Positions 39,892-46,104 of a stretch of DNA of 46,104 nucleotides are shown piece after piece. Source of the stretch: Candidatus Vogelbacteria bacterium (lineage in GTDB: Bacteria > Patescibacteriota > Minisyncoccia > Phycocordibacterales > XYD1-FULL-46-19); the NCBI GenBank assembly GCA_023267075.1, contig JAHFNY010000003.1, positions 1-46,104 on the forward strand, in the 5' to 3' direction. Under the pieces are notes generated by a model. It was given only the letters and a program-made list of their open reading frames with translations. It had not been told where the DNA came from and ran no database searches. Made by a program: the position numbers and the translations under genes. The stretch's first letter is position 1. Each line of letters opens with the position of its first letter.

Positions 39892-40116
39892 ATGAGTGTG
39901 AGGCATCCCAAAGTGACTGGCACCAAGAGAGCCGACGTGGCTCTCTTCGGGGATGAGGAGGCCAAGAAGTATGGTCTCCACCCCCGTCGAACCGGCCGAG
40001 CCGGTCGAGGGAAAAAAAGAAGTTACCCCGACGACCGGGATGATAATTTCCCGGCCGCGGTGAAAAATCGTTCCTGGAAGAGGTATCGCCTCTTCCAGAG
40101 AAGAAAGGGGAAGTAA
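39892..40116 (+). CDS. Highly basic small protein (74 aa)
   Basis: AAGGAG sits 8 nt upstream of the ATG at 39892. No recognisable family. Confidence 0.5.
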   Translation: MSVRHPKVTGTKRADVALFGDEEAKKYGLHPRRTGRAGRGKKRSYPDDRDDNFPAAVKNRSWKRYRLFQRRKGK

Positions 40117-40118
40117 AA

Positions 40119-40394
40119 ATGGAAAGGAAATTTATGATGGGGACCGTGGCCTTCTTCCACGGTTTGGACATCACCAGGCCAGCGTCAACTGGCCTGGACA
40201 CCGTAGAAAATGTGTTCGAGGTAGAGGGAGAAGAAGAATTCTCCTATCTCGGACACTGGGTTGTAGGACTCGGTTTCCTCGGGGTCAAATTCCCCAAGGA
40301 AACATCCCGAAATCTGACGGCGGATGAAGAAGAGTTTTGCCGTCAAAAAAGCATAATCATCGGGGGTAATAAAATACCCCTGATGGGAAGGTAG
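40119..40394 (+). CDS. hypothetical protein (91 aa)
   Basis: ORF 2 nt after the upstream stop. No recognisable family. Confidence 0.5.
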   Translation: MERKFMMGTVAFFHGLDITRPASTGLDTVENVFEVEGEEEFSYLGHWVVGLGFLGVKFPKETSRNLTADEEEFCRQKSIIIGGNKIPLMGR

Positions 40395-40401
40395 ACAACA
40401 A

Positions 40402-40584
40402 ATGAGTACAAAAATGATCTTTGTCCTTTCGGTTGCGACCTCCGTGGTCGCAACTATGATTAGTACTGTCGGCTTTTGGGCTGCTGGTTTCCACCCCATA
40501 ATGGGGCAGCTGGTTAGCACACCAGCCGCTCTGATTATAGGAGTCATGGCGGGGAGAGCAGCCGCCGTAAAAAATTTTAAGTAA
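40402..40584 (+). CDS. Small 2-TM membrane protein (60 aa)
   Basis: Two hydrophobic helices. GGAAGG lies upstream. Confidence 0.5.
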   Translation: MSTKMIFVLSVATSVVATMISTVGFWAAGFHPIMGQLVSTPAALIIGVMAGRAAAVKNFK

Positions 40585-40603
40585 TCACTAAGGTGGTTAC
40601 TAC

Positions 40604-40640
40604 CCGCGCCGAGAGCGAAAGCTCCGGCGCGGTTTTTTAT
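40604..40640 (+). terminator. Cassette A terminator
   Basis: CCGCGCCG-AGAGC-GAAA-GCTC-CGGCGCGG followed by TTTTTTATTT. Confidence 0.7.
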
Positions 40641-40704
40641 TTCTCGGTTTTTGTTTTAACGTTTACTTTTCCTTTTATATGATAATCTTATTGTATTAAT
40701 TAAC

Positions 40705-40733
40705 TTGACAAATATATTATCTTATGATAAGAT
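40705..40733 (+). promoter_or_regulatory. Cassette B promoter
   Basis: TTGACA, 17 nt, TAAGAT. Confidence 0.65.
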
Positions 40734-40739
40734 ACAGGT

Positions 40740-40791
40740 AGAGCATAAATCAGCTCTTTGAAATTGTCTTTACCCCACCAATCAGGGGATT
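40740..40791 (+). promoter_or_regulatory. Conserved 5' leader motif, copy B
   Basis: AGAGC-ATAAATCA-GCTCT-TTGAAATTGT-CTTTA-CCCC-ACCAATCA-GGGG-ATT. Confidence 0.5.
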
Positions 40792-40833
40792 CTGTTCCCA
40801 ACTGTTGGTCCTAAATGAAAAAGGAGACGAACT

Positions 40834-41277
40834 ATGAAGACCCTGATAACGAACGCATTTTCCCTTAACATGCTTGGAATTTTTCCGTCACAGATTGTGG
40901 TGGCAGAGATTTCCAAGGAACTTGCCACCGCACTCGCCACTTCAGCTTCAGCGGAAAGTGTTGTTGGTCATTTCGACACTGCCAAGTTGTTTAGTAGTGT
41001 GTTGGGAATAGAAATACCTGCCAACCGAGTGACCGTCACTCTTACCAGCGAGGAACAACTTCTCGTTGGTCAATACCGTGGTCCACGGTTGCCGGAAGGA
41101 ACGACTACTCTTCCTGAGGGAGCCACAATCCAATGGTTCCTGGTATATCTTGTGTCGTACACTCCAGATAGGGACATTTGCATCCACTGTAGCCACGATA
41201 ACGGGATTATCCACCCCGGTCATTGCTGGGGAGAGCACCGTGTCGGGATGGATTGTTGTTACTGCGGTGGTAACTGA
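40834..41277 (+). CDS. DUF1874 (STIV B116-like) domain protein with a Cys/His-rich C-terminal extension
   Basis: TLITNAFSLNMLG...VVGHFDTAKLFSSVLGIEIPANRVTVTL...LPEGATIQWF resembles the B116/DUF1874 pattern. The tail is CIHCSHDNGIIHPGHCWGEHRVGMDCCYCGG. Confidence 0.6.
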   Translation: MKTLITNAFSLNMLGIFPSQIVVAEISKELATALATSASAESVVGHFDTAKLFSSVLGIEIPANRVTVTLTSEEQLLVGQYRGPRLPEGTTTLPEGATIQWFLVYLVSYTPDRDICIHCSHDNGIIHPGHCWGEHRVGMDCCYCGGN

Positions 41278-41315
41278 TAACTAAGGAGGATATTAAGTAA
41301 AAAACTGTTAATTTG

Positions 41316-41355
41316 CCGCGCCGGGAGCGAAAGCTCCTCGGCGCGGTATTTTGTT
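41316..41355 (+). terminator. Cassette B terminator
   Basis: CCGCGCCG-GGAGC-GAAA-GCTCC-T-CGGCGCGG followed by TATTTTGTT. Near-identical to the cassette A terminator. Confidence 0.7.
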
Positions 41356-41373
41356 ATTCTAATTTTTAGATTT

Positions 41374-42903
41374 CTAACGAGCAAACTCAATGATCCGGGT
41401 CTCGCGCATCACTACTACTTTGATTTCACCCGGGTACTTAAGTTCTTGTTCAATCCGGACGGCGACCTCGCGGGCGAGTTTGCGCGCTTCCAGGTCGGTA
41501 ATCTCTTCCGGTTTAACGAAGACCCGGATCTCCCGGCCGGCGGCAATGGCGTACGTCTTCTCAATCCCTTTAAAGGTATTAGCAATATCTTCTAAGTCTT
41601 TCAGCCGTTTCAAGTAATTCTCTACCGAGTCGCGGCGAGCGCCAGGGCGCGAGCCCGAGATCTCGTCGGCCACTTTCACGATAATGGATTCAATCGTTTC
41701 ATATGGATATTCCTCATGATGAGCTTGCATTGCTTTAATCACCGCCTCGCCAGCGCCAAACTTCTCTAAGATCCGCCGGCCAATTTCCACGTGGGTACCA
41801 GGGACTTCATGATCCACGGCTTTACCAATATCGTGGAGGAGAGCGCCGGCTCGAGCGACTTGAATATCGGCACCCAACTCCTCAGCAATCATGGCCGCCA
41901 GGTGCGCCATCTCAATGGAGTGTTGGAGCACATTCTGGCCATATGAGGTGCGGAAGTGGAGTCGGCCCAAGATAATTAAGATTCGCGGGTCCAAGTTTAA
42001 GACGCCGGCTTCATAGGCAGCTTGCTCGCCCTTCTCTTTAATAATTTTAGAAATGTCTTCTTTAGCTTTATCTACGGTTTCTTCAATCTTGGCCGGTTGG
42101 ATCCGACCGTCTTTAATCAAATTCTCCAGCGCCACCCGGGCAATTTGCCGGCGGACTGGGTCAAAGGAGGAGAGGACGATGGAGCCAGGGGTGTCATCAA
42201 TAATTACTTCCACGCCAGTCGCTTTTTCAAAGGCTCTAATATTGCGCCCTTCTTTGCCAATAATCTTGCCTTTAATATCGTCGGAGGGGATGTCTACGGT
42301 AGTGGCCATCACTTCTGGCACAGTGGAGGAGGAGAGACGCTGAATGACCGAGGCCAAGATGTCCCGACCGCGTTGTTCTAAGCGCTCGGCGCCAGTGGTC
42401 TCTAATTTTCGCATTCGGACTATCAAGTCTTCTTCGGATTCTTGTTCTACGGCTTTCAAAAGTTCGGTTTTGGCCTCATCTTTGGTTAAATTACTTACCC
42501 GCTCTAATTCTTTAGTTTTATCTTGAGCGAGTTGGGAGACCTTTTCTTTAAGCTCTTTAATTTCTTCGGCCTTTTTCTTCAGACTATCGGCCTCTTGATC
42601 AATATCGGTCTGGCGCCGATCTAAGAGCTCGTCTTTCTTTAGAAGGCGATCCTCCAACTTTTTAAGTTGGGTTTCTTTTTCCTCATTTTTGGTTTTAGCC
42701 TCGGTGAGGATTTTGGTCGCTTCTTCTTCTGCTTCTTTAGTAATTTGCTGGGCTTGATCCTTGGCTTCAAGCATGGCTTGTTTCACCGAGAGCTCAAGCG
42801 ACCCCTTCTGGCTTAAGGTGACGAGCCAGCGGAGGAAGTAGCCAATGACCACACCAGAAAGACCGGCCACGCCGGTAAGGAGGATAATGGTGACTAAGTT
42901 CAT
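41374..42903 (-). CDS. rny: ribonuclease Y
   Basis: N-terminal TM, coiled coil, KH (GKIIGKEGRNIRAFE) and HD (LLHDIGKA). Confidence 0.9.
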   Translation of the reverse strand: MNLVTIILLTGVAGLSGVVIGYFLRWLVTLSQKGSLELSVKQAMLEAKDQAQQITKEAEEEATKILTEAKTKNEEKETQLKKLEDRLLKKDELLDRRQTDIDQEADSLKKKAEEIKELKEKVSQLAQDKTKELERVSNLTKDEAKTELLKAVEQESEEDLIVRMRKLETTGAERLEQRGRDILASVIQRLSSSTVPEVMATTVDIPSDDIKGKIIGKEGRNIRAFEKATGVEVIIDDTPGSIVLSSFDPVRRQIARVALENLIKDGRIQPAKIEETVDKAKEDISKIIKEKGEQAAYEAGVLNLDPRILIILGRLHFRTSYGQNVLQHSIEMAHLAAMIAEELGADIQVARAGALLHDIGKAVDHEVPGTHVEIGRRILEKFGAGEAVIKAMQAHHEEYPYETIESIIVKVADEISGSRPGARRDSVENYLKRLKDLEDIANTFKGIEKTYAIAAGREIRVFVKPEEITDLEARKLAREVAVRIEQELKYPGEIKVVVMRETRIIEFAR

Positions 42904-43092
42904 GGTAGTTTTTAAGGCCTACCGACCTCTAAACCTCTTTAGGTACGGGGCGACAATGACTTTGTGGACAAATTCATTAACATGAGAGTTAAAAAGTTTA
43001 GGGTAAGTAGAGCTTGACGTTTTACGCTATTAATTTAAGGACCCCTCTATCGTAACAGACGAGGGGATTAATGTCTAGTGAAGCTTAATTAT

Positions 43093-43674
43093 TTAGTGTT
43101 TGGGCTTAACGATCTCGTCAATGATCCCGTACTTTTTGGCTTCCTCCGCAATCATCCAATAGTCGCGCTCGGCGTCTTTCTCAATTGTGGGCATAGTCTG
43201 GCCTGTGTTCTTGGCCAAGATCTTGTTTAAAGCTTCTTTGGTTCTTAAAATGTGTTTAGCGGCGATAGCAATATCAGTGGCCTGACCTTCTACCCCGCCC
43301 ATTACTTGGTGGATCATTACTTCTGAATTAGGGAGGCAAAAGCGCTTATTTTTAGTCCCGGCTGAAAGGATTACGGCCGCGGCGGAGGCGGCGATACCCA
43401 CACATACAGTAGAAACATCAGGCTTAACGTGATTCATGGTGTCTAAAATAGCAAGACCGGCGGTCACTGAACCACCGGGTGAGTTGATGTAAAGGGTAAT
43501 ATCCTTCTTAGGATCTTCTGACTCCAAGAATAAGAGTTGGGCAATGACTAAATTGGCGGTGTGATCATCAATTGGGCCACCCAAAAAGATAATCCGCTCC
43601 TTTAAGAGACGGGAATAAATATCATAGGCCCGCTCGCCAAATTGAGACTTCTCAATAACTGTGGGAATTAACAT
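43093..43674 (-). CDS. clpP: ATP-dependent Clp protease proteolytic subunit
   Basis: [11 protein letters not shown], catalytic context [12 protein letters not shown]. Confidence 0.95.
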   Translation of the reverse strand: MLIPTVIEKSQFGERAYDIYSRLLKERIIFLGGPIDDHTANLVIAQLLFLESEDPKKDITLYINSPGGSVTAGLAILDTMNHVKPDVSTVCVGIAASAAAVILSAGTKNKRFCLPNSEVMIHQVMGGVEGQATDIAIAAKHILRTKEALNKILAKNTGQTMPTIEKDAERDYWMIAEEAKKYGIIDEIVKPKH

Positions 43675-43685
43675 AGATTTTGATT

Positions 43686-44549
43686 TTACTCCTTTTTACT
43701 CTCGCCTTCAAGTAGCTGCCAAATCTCGTTCATAGTTTTTAAATTTTCTTGTTTAGCAATCTCGCTGAAGATTAAACCAAATTTAGCCCGCTCCAGGGCT
43801 TGGTCGCGCCAGTCAGCCTTTAAATCAGCTTCCGTTTTCTTTAGATGTTTTAAGTAGTCATCAAACTTGATGCCAAAGTGAGCAGTATTGTGTTTAAATT
43901 CAGCGAGCATCTTCTCTAATTCGCCCTCGATTATGATTGAGGGTAAATCTAAAGTCATCGCACTGGTGATGGCCTGCATAATTTCTAAACGCCGCTTTTC
44001 TTTAGCGCCATATTCTTTTTCTAATTTTAAATTATTTTTGATTTTCTCGGGCCAGTCTTCTTTCTTCACTTCCGGATTGGCAATGTTCTGCTCTTCTAAT
44101 TCTTTAATGATTTTTTCTACCTCCTCGGCTTTTACCTCTTCTACTACTAGAGGATTGGCCGTAATTTTACCGGCCAACTTTTTATAATCCGGTAGTTTAA
44201 CTTCCGGATAAATAGCGGTGATGATAGTAAAACCAAGAGGATTATCGACAGCCAGTTTGGTAAGACTAATTTCTGGTTGGCCAAGAGCGTCAACCTTCTC
44301 TTCTTTAAGTATCTCCGGGTAAACTTGGCGGAAAGCTAATTCTGCCATCGTGGTGAGTACTTTGCCTTCACCAATTGTTTCCACCAGCAATTTCTCCGGC
44401 GCTTGGCCGGGGCGGAAGCCTTTAAGAGTTACCTTCTGACCCAATTCTTTAAGCGCCGCTGGGCGATAACTCATAAATTGCTCGGTTGGGACCTCACCTT
44501 TAAGCTCTACCCGCGACTCTGACAAATTTTTCTTCTCTACTTTGATCAT
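43686..44549 (-). CDS. tig: Trigger factor lacking the FKBP/PPIase domain (287 aa)
   Basis: The GFRPGQAP ribosome-binding motif in the N-domain and C-domain-like helices. No PPIase-like segment lies between them. Confidence 0.8.
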   Translation of the reverse strand: MIKVEKKNLSESRVELKGEVPTEQFMSYRPAALKELGQKVTLKGFRPGQAPEKLLVETIGEGKVLTTMAELAFRQVYPEILKEEKVDALGQPEISLTKLAVDNPLGFTIITAIYPEVKLPDYKKLAGKITANPLVVEEVKAEEVEKIIKELEEQNIANPEVKKEDWPEKIKNNLKLEKEYGAKEKRRLEIMQAITSAMTLDLPSIIIEGELEKMLAEFKHNTAHFGIKFDDYLKHLKKTEADLKADWRDQALERAKFGLIFSEIAKQENLKTMNEIWQLLEGESKKE

Positions 44550-44569
44550 GTTTGGCTAGAATAAACAAA

Positions 44570-44593
44570 AAACCCAATTTTGGCAAATTGGGT
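44570..44593. terminator. Bidirectional intrinsic terminator
   Basis: AACCCAATTT-tggc-AAATTGGGTT, flanked by an A-run and a T-run. Confidence 0.65.
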
Positions 44594-44618
44594 TTTTTGT
44601 TTCCTATTTATCTGATTT

Positions 44619-44906
44619 TTACTGGGCGGAAGTGTTGAGCTCGGTTTGAATGTCGTTTACACCGGCATCAAGGTTGTTTAAATTAGTCGCGTTAATCTCT
44701 TGTTTAACAGCAGTAGCCTCAGTGGAGGTGCTCTCTGGTCCTAAGTCTATATCAGAAGGGGGAGTGGTGGCGGTCATCTCACCGCTTAATGAGGCATTTT
44801 TCTGATTTAGGAAGATATAGACGCCGCCCACAATGAGCAGGAGAATGATGACAATAATACCAAGAATCGGACCCTTAGGCTCTTTTTCAGTTGAGAGATT
44901 ATCCAT
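44619..44906 (-). CDS. Small membrane-anchored hypothetical protein (95 aa)
   Basis: Single TM (ILGIIVIILLLIVGGVYIF). Confidence 0.55.
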   Translation of the reverse strand: MDNLSTEKEPKGPILGIIVIILLLIVGGVYIFLNQKNASLSGEMTATTPPSDIDLGPESTSTEATAVKQEINATNLNNLDAGVNDIQTELNTSAQ

Positions 44907-44918
44907 ATTATTTATTAC

Positions 44919-45557
44919 TTAAATAAGTTTAATGGCTTCGACTAATTTGACGTGAATATCTTTAATATCTTGAATGATGGTAGAAACAGCCTCGTGAACC
45001 GCTTTAAACTGGGCAGGGACGGTGGTAGAAGCGGTGCTACTTGCCACAATAAGGCTAATTTGATTGGGTAAATTGTTGACTAAGACTTGAGTGGAGTCAA
45101 TCATCGTTTTTGCTTCCCCAAGTTTGGTCTCAATTTGGCTGGCATTAGTTACGGGATTAGAAGAAGTAGCTCGTTGATCAAGAATAAATTGAATCCGAGT
45201 GATAAAACGACTTTCTCGAGCGAGAGCGGCAGTGAAGCGAGCAACGAATTTATCAGCTAAAGCGCCAATGCGCTGTTCTCGTAGATCACGGATTTTTAGT
45301 CGGGCCTCGTCGCGGATTTTTAAGCGATCGTCAGTATTGGTAGCATTTTTAAGATCATCATGGCGATCCTCTTTAGTGTCCTTAATATTGCTTCTAATCT
45401 CTTCCACTTTCTGACGGTATTCTTCCCTAATTTGTTGGAAGGAACTAGGGGTAGTGCTTGAGTTATTATCTTCGGCTAAAGCTAAAACTGGAACCATAAC
45501 TGGAGTAAGAACGAGACTGGTCGTTACTAACCCCGTGAAAAGTTGTTTGGTAGTCAT
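44919..45557 (-). CDS. Secreted coiled-coil hypothetical protein (212 aa)
   Basis: Signal-like N-terminus and a charged helical body. Confidence 0.6.
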   Translation of the reverse strand: MTTKQLFTGLVTTSLVLTPVMVPVLALAEDNNSSTTPSSFQQIREEYRQKVEEIRSNIKDTKEDRHDDLKNATNTDDRLKIRDEARLKIRDLREQRIGALADKFVARFTAALARESRFITRIQFILDQRATSSNPVTNASQIETKLGEAKTMIDSTQVLVNNLPNQISLIVASSTASTTVPAQFKAVHEAVSTIIQDIKDIHVKLVEAIKLI

Positions 45558-45575
45558 AATATTTTAAGCTTAAAC

Positions 45576-46097
45576 TTATTTTTTATAAGCGTCAATTGCC
45601 TTGGCGACATCGCGGGCGGCAGCGGTTTTATCTTCCCATTTCCCTACCACCACCTCCTTTTCCTCCAAGTCTTTATAGACGCTGAAGAAATGGCGGATTT
45701 CCTCTAAAGTATGAGGATCAAGGTCGCTGATATTATTGACGGTCTTATAGCGTGGATCTTTCACTGGTACCGCTAAGATTTTGGCATCAGATTCGCCTCC
45801 GTCGGTCATCATTAAGACACCAATGGCTCGAGCGGCCACAAGACAACCGGGGAAAAACGGCTCGTGACTCATGACAAGCACATCTAAAGGATCACCATCT
45901 TCCCACAAAGTTTGCGGGACAAAGCCGTAATTGGTGGGATAATGCATGGGAGAGAAAAGGACGCGATCGACGTGGACCAATCCGGTTTCTTTATCCAGTT
46001 CATATTTGATCCGCGACATCTTCGGGATCTCAATAATTACGTTTAATTTATCGGCGGTACCGGGAGCAATAGTGTGGAGAATAGAATTATTATTCAT
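45576..46097 (-). CDS. ppa: Inorganic pyrophosphatase (family I)
   Basis: IEIPKMSRIKYE, DGDPLDVLV, KILAVP. Confidence 0.95.
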   Translation of the reverse strand: MNNNSILHTIAPGTADKLNVIIEIPKMSRIKYELDKETGLVHVDRVLFSPMHYPTNYGFVPQTLWEDGDPLDVLVMSHEPFFPGCLVAARAIGVLMMTDGGESDAKILAVPVKDPRYKTVNNISDLDPHTLEEIRHFFSVYKDLEEKEVVVGKWEDKTAAARDVAKAIDAYKK

Positions 46098-46104
46098 TGG
46101 TTTT

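Noticed and set aside
1-46104. CRISPR arrays, rRNA genes, intact IS elements or transposases
   Set aside because: No regularly spaced direct repeats, no rRNA-like conserved stretches, and no transposase-like ORFs or terminal inverted repeats were seen on either strand.

Overview
This 46.1-kb window reads like a small-genome, Patescibacteria/CPR-like bacterium. That placement is an inference from gene content: a PPIase-less trigger factor, two TrmB regulators, an RRM protein, many membrane-anchored coiled-coil hypotheticals, and frequent leaderless promoter geometry. All family calls come from reading the supplied translations and the DNA. No searches, HMMs or folding programs were run.

Core genes recognised:
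- rsmA, pcrA/uvrD, comM/yifB, a dksA/traR-type zinc finger, pnp, rpsO, cca, yraN, hup, rny, clpP, tig and ppa.
- A class IV aminotransferase, an RRM RNA-binding protein, a SET-domain protein and a NYN/LabA protein.
- Seven tRNAs: Arg-TCG, Leu-CAG, Gly-GCC, Pro-CGG, Pro-TGG, Pro-GGG and Gly-TCC.

Two blocks encode a Gram-positive-type type IV secretion-like apparatus.
- Block 1 (1-6975) carries PrgI/VirB3-like, VirB4 N-domain-like and VirB6/TrbL-like genes plus secreted proteins.
- Block 2 (12671-16459) carries a VirD4/TraG-like ATPase and a LysM-M23 hydrolase, with comM next to it.

Most interesting observations:
1. A roughly 4.9-kb gene set sits between rpsO and pnp. It contains two near-consensus divergent promoters. 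One drives a 30-aa peptide with a double-glycine-leader-like motif plus a 2-TM protein. The other drives a roughly 290-nt highly structured, terminator-capped ncRNA of unknown class.
2. Two adjacent moron-like cassettes (39729-41355) share promoter, a roughly 55-nt 5' leader and terminator, but have unrelated coding content. One leader hairpin shows a compensatory base-pair change between the two copies.
3. A second orphan, promoter-to-terminator ncRNA of about 195 nt lies between convergent genes at 8860-9055.
4. A decaying mobile-element remnant carries a RelE-family toxin frameshifted in an A5 run, an intact antitoxin, and a Xer-like recombinase with an in-frame TAG.
5. A GC-rich CCCGCC...GGCGGG hairpin element recurs immediately upstream of RNA genes.

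No CRISPR array, rRNA gene or intact transposase was seen.
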